From NCBI GenBank assembly GCA_027923505.1, contig BROI01000023.1, positions 62,001 through 126,000 of the forward strand: DNA of 64,000 bases. The letters run 5' to 3'. The notes beneath the pieces are model-generated. The model did no database searches. It was not told the DNA's origin and saw nothing but the letters and a program-made list of their open reading frames with translations. Positions 46,698 through 59,232 of this stretch are shown here, in pieces. Made by a program: the position numbers and the translations under genes. The first letter of the stretch is position 1. Every line of letters starts with the position of its first letter. This DNA comes from Mayamaea pseudoterrestris. Lineage: Eukaryota.

Positions 46698-48001
46698 TTA
46701 CAGGGCTCCGCATGTTATTTCCATAGCTCTGCCTTTCTCGTCAATTGACGATGCCGCTTGGCATTCAGTGGTTGCTTCAATGGAGTCGCATAAATGCTCG
46801 ACTTCGGGTGTCGTCTCGTTGCTAGTGATGACATTCTGAGTGTGCAGTTGACTTTCATCAGCATTGCAAGTCTCTTCCTTACGACCCCCTCGCAGTTTGG
46901 CCAAATCGCCTTTGCTCACTCCAGCATTCAATAGTTGTTTCCATGTGGCCACGGTTTTGCTGCCGTGTTCAACGTCCTTCTCATATTCAATGCCACTCGC
47001 GTTGGCGCAAAGTAGCTTTAGTATTGGTAGACAAACTAATCCAGCTTCGTCACAAAAGTATGTCTGATGCAGCCGCTTTGTTCTTTGCTGACACAACTCC
47101 TTGTATCGAATCCGATCCAGCTTTTGCTTCGTACATTCATCCACTGTCAAAAAGACGTGCCGGCAAAAGGGACAATCTGAATGCCGTAATAACCATTCTT
47201 TTATGCATTCGTGATGGTCTGATGGATTTTCAACGAGCGCAAATGAGAAAGCATTCTGACAGCAGTGTTGCTGCGCATTCAATGTCAACCCTAGACTTAC
47301 AAACATGATTACACTGCTCATTTGGACTCCAAGAAACAATCTCATTCACTTTAAACGCCGACATGCATATTGGACACTCCTTGTCCTCCATATAGTCAGA
47401 CTCGGTAGTTTCATGCGTGTCGTACGATGCGGTTTGTTGCAGTGGCGGCGCAGGACTACCAGTCCCAAATTCCTGTCCATCTTCAGTATCTTTACTATTA
47501 CATGCAGATGCGAACTTTAAAGTTGATTGCTCAGTAGTATCGCCCGCATGTTTGTTCCTGCATTCGCACTCATCGTCATGAGCTCGAACTCTCTGTCAAA
47601 TTGTAAACAAGATTGAATTGGGAATAGAGGACAAATCAGTAAAAGGAGGATGACACCATCCGATTACACTGTCGCATAGACATGTGATATCACTCGATAT
47701 GTGTTACCTTTGTAATGAGCCACCCTTCAATCGTTTCATAGCGAGAATCGACTCGTTTTTTGCTGACAGGTGCCAGCGATCGCAGTCGCGTCCACAGGGG
47801 CGGCACAATGAGATAAAGGAGCAGACACGCCAGCAGTATGATAATCCCAATCAGCGCACCAACAATGGCAACATCTTGGTCTGGACGGCTAGCGGTAGCT
47901 TCCATGGGTAAGGGTTCAGGTGTCGATGACTGTAGAACCGATGTGGTGTCGGCAACACGAATGTACGGACCATTCGTCACCTCGTTTTTGGTTCGGTTCA
48001 T
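46698..48001 (-). CDS. Single-pass membrane RING-H2 E3 ubiquitin ligase; 3 exons
   Basis: Exons 48001-47708, 47592-47301, 47218-46698 with GT-AG introns; splicing assembles CPIC...CNHV|YHHECIKEW...CPFC; TM helix VAIVGALIGIIILLACLLLYLIV. Confidence 0.85.
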
Positions 48002-48642
48002 TGGCTGTGTCAAAGGTCAATATAGACAATATCTAAAAAAGCTAGCTTCAATTGGCGAAAGGACGAATTTCTAAAGTCTCCAAGTTGACCATCATTGCGA
48101 AGAAGTCTTCACTCGAAAAGTTGTCGAACGAAACGACGAAACGATGAGTGCCGGCTGGCGCATGAATCGTATCTAGCGTGACTCGTGTTGTCAGTTACAT
48201 GGTCAACGGCGTCGTTCTGGCAAGGCTGGCTCGTGGAAAAAGTGGTTCACAATATTTGAGGCCCATTGAAAGCAACATACAGTCAGCATAGCTTGCTTCA
48301 GCTACCTCTAGGTATAGCGCGGCAACGAGAAGAGAAACTTAACGACACCAAGCAAACTTCATTCTTAATATTAGCCATTTGTGAGTAGATACTGACCGAC
48401 GAGCCTCTCTTGGTCGACATGAGCAGTGTTTCGGCTGCGATTGCAAATGCGCTTCGACAAACACTTTCAAAGTTTAACACCTGTAGATGCATCAAAATGA
48501 AGGTTCGCCAGAACAGATCCGTAGTAACGAAGAGCTGAACGAGATGGAGGAAGCTAGCTCGATTACTGTCATCCATCGTCAAGCCTACGCTCTGCTCTTG
48601 GACAACACGCGCCTTTCCCCACCCATTCATCCTTTCATTCAT

Positions 48643-49179
48643 TCATCCACTATGCGTTCGCTGATACTCTGCCTGTTGCTTTATCAAAGCATCGCGCTCC
48701 ATTTCCTGCAGCCGTTCCACAGTCTCCCAAACCTGCAGCGCTTCCGAGGGTGCGACGCTGCGTGTAATGCCCAAATTAATGGCGACTGCTTCGAGTTGGT
48801 GCGGATTCGTGAACTCTGGGTCATTGTGCAGAGTATCGAGCCAATCGACTGGTGTTGTGTTAACGTTTGGAAGCATCGAAGGATGACTGACGTTTGCAGC
48901 GTCGGCGTTAACGTTGAGTGCTCGTTCTGACTGCTCTAGCTTGTCTGACAAACAATCGTCGGACCAAAGCACCATATTGGTACATACTTCTTCTGTAGGA
49001 GGAACGTCTAAACTATTGGATGACCGGCGAAGGGGCCTTGGAACGGGCTCGGATCGACATGTCACTGCCACGTTCAAGCCGTTCAATAATGGCGATCGTG
49101 ACACTGGCAGCTGTTTGGCATCTGAACAAGAGGAATTTTCGTCGCTCTCATCGGATCCGTAGTCTCCTAAAGCATCCAT
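48643..49179 (-). CDS. SAP30-binding protein / HCNGP-like
   Basis: N-terminal ALGDYGSDESDE and the LHNDPEFTNPHQLEAVAINLGI motif resemble the HCNGP 'F.NP..LE' domain. Confidence 0.6.
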   Translation of the reverse strand: MDALGDYGSDESDENSSCSDAKQLPVSRSPLLNGLNVAVTCRSEPVPRPLRRSSNSLDVPPTEEVCTNMVLWSDDCLSDKLEQSERALNVNADAANVSHPSMLPNVNTTPVDWLDTLHNDPEFTNPHQLEAVAINLGITRSVAPSEALQVWETVERLQEMERDALIKQQAEYQRTHSG

Positions 49180-49464
49180 TGCGATGCTGTGTTGGTTTGT
49201 CAGCTAATGATTAGTGCTTTTATCATATCGGTCGTTGCGTTCAATATATTTCATGTCGCGACGGTGCGCGCAATTCTTGACCTGATGTCGCAACGGTTCC
49301 TGTGAGTACCGGTGCGGCATGCACGATGCATTTTCAAAGAACAAGCGTTCCTCATCGAGGCATCACTCGTTTGACATTCGACCATGAAGATGCTCCGACG
49401 CTGCGCCCACATGCCCATAAGATAGCAATACCATTATCTGCAACCAAGCGAAACAGTGCAAAGC

Positions 49465-49992
49465 ATGAACGAGCAAGACTACGAATCAGCTGTTGCAAAC
49501 GCATTGACCCTGGCCCTCGAAGCTGAGCTCGACTGCGACGACGCCATCGCAACTTCAACTGCCCACATTCCATCGGATTATCGACCAACAGCCGCCGACA
49601 CTTGGACAATTGGAGAAAAGGAGTTTTCCATTGAGATTGGAGGGCATGAGCTGCTAGCCAGCATTCCGTCGACTCGGTCCTCGGTGAGCAGTGATCCGAA
49701 CGATGTGGATGAGTCAGAGTATCATCGCGACGATGATGCTTCACTATCGGAGCAAGAAGCAGAGGATGACGATGAAGACTACTATGATGATGAAGACTAT
49801 GAAGAAGATGGAGGTGGTGATGAGGGCGAATACGAAGATGATTATCAATTTACAAGAGGGGATTTTGAGCAAAATGACTGCCCGATTGACGCTGACGCCC
49901 AAGCCGATCACCCTTCCTTGACTGAACGAATAGTTGACAATCGGCAGCAAAGTTGCGAACCAAACAGTGCCCAATTATCGTTAACTCGATAG
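49465..49992 (+). CDS. Small highly acidic hypothetical protein
   Basis: ~175-aa ORF with D/E/Y-rich tract; divergent from the SAP30BP-like gene. Confidence 0.5.
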   Translation: MNEQDYESAVANALTLALEAELDCDDAIATSTAHIPSDYRPTAADTWTIGEKEFSIEIGGHELLASIPSTRSSVSSDPNDVDESEYHRDDDASLSEQEAEDDDEDYYDDEDYEEDGGGDEGEYEDDYQFTRGDFEQNDCPIDADAQADHPSLTERIVDNRQQSCEPNSAQLSLTR

Positions 49993-51876
49993 AGTATTAT
50001 CTACTTTGTTTTTCGTCGCAAAGCTGGCTGGCTGTCGATCAGGAATGGCAACAACGAGACCAACAAATTAGTCTCCTACTCGTACAAAACAATCAAACCA
50101 ATTTCACTATCGGCACTGGACGACATTTAACATAATCGCATCGTAAGATGGTTAAGTAGCTTTTGGTAGATAGATTGTTTCTAGACGAGCACCCAAATAT
50201 CCGCCAAGGGCTGCATCTGCGTAGCTGGCTATGCTGCAACTGTAAAGTTTTCGTTGGTGATAGACTGCTGTCGTCATAGTCGGCCTGGCTTGGGCTTCTT
50301 GTTTCCTTCCCGTCGCTTGAACCCGTCACTGATGAAGTGCGTGCCGCCATTGGATGCATTCACCGTTTGAGCAGTAGACTCAGATTTCATCATTCCGTTA
50401 AAAGACAAAGCTCCAGCGCTCGCAACATAATCGTTGTAACCTCACCTTAGCAAAGTACGAAGTTTGGAGTGTCATTTATTTGCGCCCAAGCCATTTAATT
50501 ATATCGCTTGCATTCGCCTCGAACTCAAACCACTCCATCTTCTTTCATGTACAGTTTTTCGCCAAGTTTAACATTGACATTGTTCCATGCGACAGTTTGC
50601 TCGCCGGACGAGTCTTGGCCGTCTTTCCCGAGTTTTTGCTTGAGCAATCTCTAACAACACAAAAGCCAGGCCAATATGATTGGATGCCAACTTGCTTCGC
50701 ATGGTCTGGAGCTCCCATGCCATACAAACACGCGTTTTAACAACTCTTGCGTGCTTGCGAAGACGCGGTGAATTGTTGTTTGCTCCAATACTTGAATGTT
50801 GTCACTCCCATTGTTTGTACGAAACCTCGTACGCTGCTTTGGCCATTCCGGCGTCCGACTCCCATTCGCGCCGATCAAGCTCCTTGTCTCTCTCATTTGC
50901 AGCGTCAAATTCGTAGCAAGGAGGCACGTCCTCACAAACCTATGTCCATTTCAATCCCAGTAAATGCCTGAGCCTTCGTATTACTCATGAAAAGCTCCGT
51001 GGTGGCAGCAGTTGACTAGACATTGCATGTAGCAGTTGCAGCCATATCCGTTACTATAGCTTGCGGCCACTTGTCGTTCTCCTCTTGCCAAAGTGTCTCA
51101 TGTTGTATTGAATTGAAAAGAAAACAAGATATATGACGCCATTGCACAAGATAGACATGCGTGCATGCACTCATTCATTCCAGCACTCTGGATGCTGTTT
51201 CGTTTCGCTGTTTTAATGCAATCAGCAAGTACTCCTCCATCGAAGTAAGGACAAGGGATAGGCGTTCGTTATCCAATGAATTCGCGCTGCCGATGATTGG
51301 TGGAACGATATCGTTCAAATGATTGACGCTAGTGAAGCCTTTGATATCGCAGTTTTGATTAGAAATTGCTTGCCGCAATTTTTAAACGAAAATCGCACAA
51401 CTGACTTGTGGCGACTGAGAGTGAAGTTGATGCTGCTGCTATTGCTGCTGCCGAAATGATTTCCATCGTCCAGAAAGTCATGAAATCAACCAATTGATCG
51501 AGTATGTAGAGTATGATATGCGTTAACCTCAATACCTTCCCTTGACTTCGACCCTCATGGGAGCATGATGATGGGGTCAATGGCCGATGGCGCGGCGAAT
51601 CGTTCCGAGGTGCATTGCTGTCGCACCGGTTTTGACAAATCGCTGATTGGATGGTAAGACTTAAATAATTTAACGCCTTTTTACCGCGTGACGTTTCACA
51701 CAAAGAGCGAATCACCATGCGCGCTGCGCCCCTCCAACGCCGAGGATACATCCATCACATTCCCTTGCTTGCTGCTCCTTGCTCGCTAATCAGTCTGAGG
51801 TTCCATTCTTATTGCTGCTGCATAACAAAGCGCCTACCAAAGGAGATATTGCTCCGATTGCGTAGTCTTGGTTGCC

Positions 51877-54800
51877 ATGAAACGAGACCATAATGCTGGC
51901 ACCAAGCAGCAGCAGCAACCCTCATCTCCTCGCACCTTGTCCTCGGATGCAACGGCAATCATTCGATGCATGGGCTATGGCATGGCTTTACTCTTTGCCT
52001 TATGCAGTTTTCATGTTTCGAGACAGATGCTGATCGTTTTGGGCGATCGAGATGAAGGTGGGAGCATGGCAATGAGTCTGACTGCATCGGCAGCAGCATC
52101 TGCAAGTAGCTACAAATATCTACCCGACTATGGATTGCGCCTTCGACGAACAACCACTACAAGTGAAGCATCAGTCTACCAACGACAAAATAACAACAAA
52201 AAGCGAATAGTCAAAAAGACTTTTTCAGTTACTTGGCTCATGTCGTATCCTCATTCAGGAGCGACCTATACGCTCCAAAACATTCAGCACTTGACGCAGC
52301 AATCCACGGCAACCATTTACGAAACGGAAGTTGACGACGAGCATGTCAGCTACGTGGAAGCAAGTCACTTGGTTCAAATGAGTGCTACAGCAAGGAACGC
52401 TCCGCAGCAGGAGCGGCAATCGCTCTCCGACGACTATGCTTCGGACGTTTCGTCGCGCCTGCTCCCCCATGAAAATGATGCTGCAACAGATGCTCCGCGT
52501 TTTTACCTCTACAACTCATCACTGCCAATTCCCGATAACTTACTAGTCAAGACACATTGCACAAACTTTTGCGAAAATTGCGTCCATGTACATGAAGAGG
52601 AAGCAGATTTTGACGAGTTTGAACGATTGTGTAGAACGGAGCAACGCAAGCAACCACAAAGGGGGCAGACGCCAGTCACTCCGCCCCAGTATACTGTGAG
52701 CAGTGTTATACATCTTTGGCGAAATCCGCTCGATAATATACTATCGCGCATGCACAGCCACGGGTCAGAAGGCTCGTTCAAGAAAGCAACGCGAAGCAAA
52801 GTCTTGGCCTGGTGCAGCTACTCGAAGAGTCATGCGATTGGCGGGACAAGTAGCAGCAATGCCTCGACTGCAATCAACACTAAAATGATACAAAAGGCAC
52901 TCTCATGGCTCGACGACGACGATGAAACAAGTTGGAGCGCACTCGCGGCAAACGTTCCTTGCGTCTTTGACTTGATTCGTCTCGTGCAGTGGCACAATCA
53001 TGCGCTACAAGTTGCCACTCGCGCCAATGTGCCAGTCATGCACCTTTACTACGAGGACTATGCCACCAATGACGAATCGCTGCGGGATACTAATCGCGAC
53101 TTACTATCGTTTTTGAATTTGAAAGGTGTTGCCTCGTCGTCGCCACTGCCATTCGACGCTTCCAGTGAAAGATACGCGCGCTTCTTTACGCAGATGGAGC
53201 TATCAAGCATGGCCAAACTCATCAAGCGACTAGCGAGTCGAGACACTTGGCCATTTATTAGAAACTATGTGCATGAGCTGCGGCTGACTGAGACTTTTGA
53301 GATGAAGGATCGAGGGATTGATAAAGCAAACGAAGCAAAGGCGTTGACGCAACTCGGGCCGCACCAACCCGAATTTACATCGGACATTGTGTGGCTAGTA
53401 TCTTTTCCAAATAGCGGTACAAGCTACACGATGAACAATGTCCGCCGGACAAGTAACATGACGACTGCCACCAACTACGCCGCCGAAGCCATTCAAACAG
53501 CGGGTCGCTTGGTGCCAGTGAAGCCCAATCTGCCGGATGGTCCGTATTTGCTCTTACCAAACTTGCAAGTTCCAAAGTACAGTTTAACCAAGACGCACTG
53601 CACAGCGTACTGCGACGCTTGTCAAACCATGGATACTGTCCGAGCGTTGGATCAGTTCGAGGAAGGCTGTCGAATTGTTACAAAGGGAGTCTGGCCGAAT
53701 TTAACAAAGATATCGCAGCGATATGAACCGGTCAAGGGTGAGTGAGAATTCAAAGCGATGTGCATGGCACTTTGCTGAGAAATACCAGTGTTGGCCACCA
53801 AAATATCTGACACTTTACACCTTTACGAACAGCGGTTCACATTTTTCGCTCGCCCTTTGACAATCTCGTGGCGCGAAAGCACTTGGGATCAAAACGCCGG
53901 TTAACATTGGGCATTTTCAAGCCCGACGACCTAGCCTTTCAAGACAGTCGGGAGGGCATGGTGGCTTGGTGCAACTTCATCGACAAAGGATTTATAACGA
54001 GCGCACACAACAAGGGCATCCAGCCATTTACACCGGAACTGGAAGCACTGTTTCGCAAGGTGCCATGCTACTCGGACTGGTTTCGCTACATCCAATGGCA
54101 CGACCTGGCCATGGCGGCGGTAGGACGAATGGAGATTCCGGTGCATGACATTTACTACGAAAGCTACTCTGACAATTACGACCACACGGTGCGAAAATTG
54201 AACCAGTTTTTGGAGCTCCCAAGCGTGGTCGAACCGGAACCATTTATCACTGGCAAGCAGTACCGCCATTTCTTCAACCGAGACGACGTTGCGCATGCGC
54301 GCGAGCTAGTCAAGTACTTGTCGACGATGCAGTTGTGGAAAAAGCTGCGGCACTACTTCGACGATGATCAGTTTGGATTCAAGGAGAATTTGAGTAGTGG
54401 TGCAGTAGGTATCCAGCAATCCGCGAACGACCACGTTGCTAGCGAAGAGGACAATATTGCGGTTGGGATCATTGATGAAGAGCAGAAGGAAGCAACAATC
54501 AACGATGCAGGCGACGACGATGACGGGGAGGAGTTGGAAGGAGAAGACGATGATGATGTTGATGATGGTACGGACGATGATGCATCTGCAAGTGGAGAAG
54601 GCTTATTAATGCCATCAACATCGCCACGAACGAAAATTGCCTGGTTGATGAGCTTTCCTAATAGTGGTACATCGTATACAATAACAAACATTCAACACAT
54701 GTCAAACATGACGCAGGCTACAAACCATGGTATGGAAGCGAACCAGTCGCTACCTCTGTTGCCCGATCTGCCGAATGGCCCATTTATCCTTGATCCGCAA

Positions 54801-55556
54801 AGAGAAGTTGGCAAATACACTTTGGTAAAAACACATTGCACTGGATACTGCGATGTCTGCAATCAGACCCAATCGAAAAAGAAGCTACGCGCTTTTCAAA
54901 TGGGATGCGTCTCGACTAAGAGAAACGAAAACGGAGTCTTCGTCGTGCACAAATACAATGAAACTATTCCAAAGAAAGCAGTTCACGTATTCCGCAATCC
55001 TTTTGATAACATGGTTGCACGTATGCACCTTGGCGTCAAGGATCGGCGGATGGCTGGCTTTCCAAGTTCTCTTTTGAACACGTTCAATGATACCGAGGCA
55101 GGTATTCTGTCCTGGTGTAGCTACATGGATGCTGAGTTTGCTAAGGCGTCCAACAGTAGCTACTTTTCAGCCGAAACGTTGCAGCTGATGCCGCAGGTTC
55201 CATGCCATTCCGACTTGTTCCGCTACATACAATGGCACAATCTCGCCATCCAACTCGTCGACAAGCTCCAGCTACCACATTTGATGGTTCATTACGAGGA
55301 TTACGCGACCGACTACAATACGACAATGAATAGCTTGCTAAAATTTCTGGATGTCGAGCCAGTCCAGGCGCCGCTTGACTTTGTCCTTGGCAAATCGTAC
55401 GTACATTTGTACAGCAAGCAGCATGCTCGGTCCATGGCTCTTTTGGCTCGATCTATGGCGAGTCCAAGCTGCTGGGAACAAGTAAGACGTTACTTCCAAG
55501 AATTTTTTTCGGTCGATGACCAGAATCTTCTGGCGTCCAAGGCAACGGCACGATGA
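51877..55556 (+). CDS. Type II membrane protein with three tandem PAPS-dependent sulfotransferase-like (WSCD-like) domains; 2 exons, ~1,194 aa
   Basis: Exons 51877-53737 and 53833-55556 (GTGAGT..CAG; joins PVK|AVHIFRSPFDN). Three sets of WL.S[FY]P.SG..YT / KTHC / H..R.P.DN...R / QWH / YE.Y motifs; N-terminal TM helix. Confidence 0.85.
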
Positions 55557-55646
55557 TGGAAAATCCCTTCGACCATAAATATCGTTAATATTGGTAGCAA
55601 TAAAACACAATTTCACTCCGTAACATAGCATTATCTATCTTGCTTC

Positions 55647-56744
55647 TTAACAAGGGTCTCTATCATCCACCGCGCGAGGCAAATAGCCCGGACACCCATG
55701 CTTTTGTTGCAACGTGGCCACCATTTTATTAAAGAGGTGCTCGTCAAGCCATGCGACAATTGCTTTGAGTTCCACTCTCGTTTCGGTTCCGTTCGACGTC
55801 CCATGACCAATCTTCTTGTCTGCCAGTGTCGCATGTTGAAAGTCATTGTAGCCAGGTAAAGCATCTTTGCCAATTTCAACAGGATACAACCACTCCAGCA
55901 TGCGACGCATCGTGTAGGCTGTCGCGTCTGGATCCGACAATTCCTCATAACAAATGAACAGCATCTTTGTACTCGCAACCGGCAATTGCATCAAATCAAG
56001 CGTGTCTGAAAGACCATCGTACCAACGACCAAAAGCTACATCCATGTACACTCGCATTCCGTCCAAGACCGACTCTTCTTGAAGATAGGTGCAAAGGTCT
56101 CGACCCTGCTTCGACGGCTCGAGCGCGGTGCGATTCATGTACTTTTCCCAATCGGAACTCATAAAAAAGCGAGACCGTTTTGAGCTGGCCGTACTCATGT
56201 TAGATACGTATGCGGTTGAGTTTATGCCAAATTGTTCCCGTAGCGGCACGCCAAATGCATCCAATGAGCATTCTCGTCCGGATTGATGATACAAGTAGCC
56301 AGACACCAAAGCATCGTAAACATCGCGAACCACGACCACGTCTCGATGATCAGTCGCAGGCAGCTCCCAGCGCTTGCGTTGCGTCACTAGAATATTAAGT
56401 AGCGATGATGATGGCAACTTTATCTTTCGCATTAAATCGCGCGTCAAAGTGTAGCCCATCTTGTGCGAGGATCGAATCGTCCGCTGACAGCAGTCCCACG
56501 GCGCGTCTGAATTCTCGCACGAGCAGCTTCTGCTCTTGCTCGCCGTCGTTATTGCATCAATCGTTGAATTTTTGCTTGGAGGAAGAATTGGTTGCAGATT
56601 GTCGAACTGATACTCGTCCACGACGACGTCAACTAACGGCCGGCGAGAGCGCAAGCCATTTTCCGTCAACTGCGCCACCCACCAGATGAGTAAGACCGCC
56701 ACGACGCCGGAAACAAGATGATGCTTTTGCAAATGGCTCGCCAT
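55647..56744 (-). CDS. Type II membrane sulfotransferase (different subfamily)
   Basis: N-terminal TM helix; 5'-PSB-like SSHKMGYTL, 3'-PB-like VVVRDVYDALVSGYLYH, and FICYEEL. Confidence 0.75.
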   Translation of the reverse strand: MASHLQKHHLVSGVVAVLLIWWVAQLTENGLRSRRPLVDVVVDEYQFDNLQPILPPSKNSTIDAITTASKSRSCSCENSDAPWDCCQRTIRSSHKMGYTLTRDLMRKIKLPSSSLLNILVTQRKRWELPATDHRDVVVVRDVYDALVSGYLYHQSGRECSLDAFGVPLREQFGINSTAYVSNMSTASSKRSRFFMSSDWEKYMNRTALEPSKQGRDLCTYLQEESVLDGMRVYMDVAFGRWYDGLSDTLDLMQLPVASTKMLFICYEELSDPDATAYTMRRMLEWLYPVEIGKDALPGYNDFQHATLADKKIGHGTSNGTETRVELKAIVAWLDEHLFNKMVATLQQKHGCPGYLPRAVDDRDPC

Positions 56745-57969
56745 GATAGATTAAGGAATGCGAAGGCAATTAAAGCAACGAGTAGACCAGCAATTCTTTA
56801 CGGAAATGGCCAGTACCGCGCTAATTCCACGATCGCGCGCCATGCGTTGAGCGGATTCATCCCGCACCTCTTGTACAGGTCAAACGTGTCGCATCTAATC
56901 AGTAACGCATTACCGAAATGTTGCTTTGCGTGATGTTTTGGACGCGCATTTCGCGCCAGTAGCAGCTGCGCCGCTCTCTTCATGCAGCATTGAGCAAGCT
57001 GCAATTTATCACGACGACTTGTGTGTTTGTGCAGACAAGGCGAATAGAGTCAATACATTCATAAAAGGCTCTGCAACCGAGCTATTGGGTTGATGGTTCG
57101 TCAAACGGATAAAGCTGTCATCAGAAAAAGTCGACCACGGTTGTCAATGACCGTGCCCAAGCATGCCTGCTTTTCAAACATGAAAAAACGTATCGCACTC
57201 ATCATGGTCATTTCATTTCAATATTACTGCAAAACTCGGCCTCGTTTGTTGCTGGATGCTTGTGCAATCCTTTCTTTTCGCAAAGTTAAGGAAGGCGTAG
57301 GGCGACAACACGAGCGCGCCGCAGCCAACCTACCGGTAGGCATCTTCAAAAGGCGATAACAACAGTTGCTCTAGTTATACGCAGCTCCAAGCGTCATTCG
57401 CAGTGTCCGAGAAATATTGCCAAGGAAAAGATTGGCAATGTGCATTTTCCAAACCCATGGGTGCATTCGATCAAGACTTTCGCACTCAAGGTCTTTCGAT
57501 ACCAAACCTTGCTTGCAGCCTTCATTTGATTCGGCTCGTTTCTTCAAACATGCAAACACAAGAACCACCATGTAGTTTGAGATTACTGACTCCTTCGACT
57601 TCATGAATATGTCGCAACGACGCACTGTCTGCAGAGTCGAACAATCTTGTATACACCATGATGCCAGAGACAATCAACGTCGCCGCACCAAGTTGCAAGA
57701 GACATGTAGTCGAAGCATTATTTGTTGGCAACTGAATATAAAGTGTGGCGAATTTCTTTTAGCGCTGATGCTGTTTTCGGCGAGACCCTCTCCAAAAGCT
57801 TTGTGATCCATAAAGACTGCTCTTCCGAGCACGCAGCACCATAATGCTATTGTTAGTAGTAGATAACTTCGTTAACATGTACAAAGTTGCTTATCCATGT
57901 CGCGAACCGAGCCGCCTTTGCGGTCGCGATAGAATGCATGAGAGTGGCCTCCGTTATTGCTTGATCCAA

Positions 57970-58349
57970 TGACGTAGTTTTCACTGGCACTCGTTTCATA
58001 CTATAGCCTTGTGACGCAGTTTTCACTGGCACTCGTTTCATACTTAAGCCTTGTGTCGCGGTTTTCACTGGCACCCGTTTCGTATTATTGCCGTATGACG
58101 TAATTGACACTGGCACTTGTTTCACACTATTGCCTTATGACGTTTCACTGGCACTCGTTTCAAATTGTTTCCTCATGACGCAGTTTTCACTGGCACTCGT
58201 TTCACACTATTGCCTAATGACGTAATTGACACTGGCACTCGTTTCGTATTATTGCCTTATGACGCAATTGACACTGGCACTTGTTTCGCACTATTGCCTT
58301 ATGGCGTGATTGACACTGGCACTCGTTTTACACTATTGCCTTATGACGC
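57970..58349. repeat. 42-bp minisatellite, ~9 copies (one 38-bp unit)
   Basis: Consensus tgacgYa(gtttt/attga)cactggcactcgtttcacactattgcctta; units at 57970, 58012, 58054, 58096, 58138, 58176, 58218, 58260 and 58302. Confidence 0.95.
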
Positions 58350-59232
58350 TATTGTGTACTTAACGATCGTGCAAAATGGCGAGGCGACGACGACGACGAT
58401 GAAGATCCGCTCTTGTCGTCGTTCTTTAAACAAACATCGTCCCAGCATTCGTATACTTTGCACATATGGTATTTTGATGTGCATTCGAGGAACGAGTTTC
58501 GCAAATTTGCGTGAAGAAGGCTCTGGGAAACCACCAGTTGATGCAGTGCTCGAGTCTGGAGAAATATACACCTACCGAGCTCATGAGCAGCAGCCTTTTT
58601 CCTTCTGCGCAAATCTCAAGCTGCGAAGAAGCATATATACAGCTCGTCTGAATATGAATGAGATCATGATTTATGTGGCGTTTTGGACGCCGGAGTTGCA
58701 TCAGCGCGGACGCCAGTCATAGACGACTTGTTTGAAAATTCGCTCATCGTCGCAAGAACCACACTAAGAATGTATCGTTCGACAAGTCGACACGGTGCAT
58801 GCGGAATTCATGTCAACGAGTGGAATGCCGGTGAAAACAAGTAAAGATGTTGCGTTGAATACGTTGACATGATGCGTTACAACTTGGCAATACTATTAGG
58901 CAGGGCCTTGGCGAAGCACTGAAAGGCTAATTTGGAAGCGATTGATGCTACATTGCCGACATTGAATGCCATCAGATACGCTGAAAATGCTGTAGTATCC
59001 ACCTGGTTGCTCTACTTAATGAGACTGCGAAGCCAACGACTCTGAATGCCCACTATGGACCCGGCACGCGCAATACCAATCGTTACGCTCGAAATTGTGA
59101 GATTGTGACTAATATCAGTCAAGAAGTTGTCGCGCTGTGCCGGAATTTGTGCGATGAACATCATTGTACAATTACTCGTAGCTGATAAGAATATATTTAG
59201 TTGTCCTTGGCTAAAGAAGTTGCGTACTGTGT

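Noticed and set aside
50050..51800. Protein-like fragments on the minus strand (possible pseudogene or multi-exon gene)
   Set aside because: Fragments are broken by stops and could not be joined by canonical splice sites; no recognisable family; needs BLASTX or RNA-seq
57853..58722. ORFs 58165-58722 (+) and 57853-58125 (-) with 14-aa repeats
   Set aside because: They arise from the 42-bp minisatellite; a 38-bp unit breaks the frame and the remainder has no coding signal
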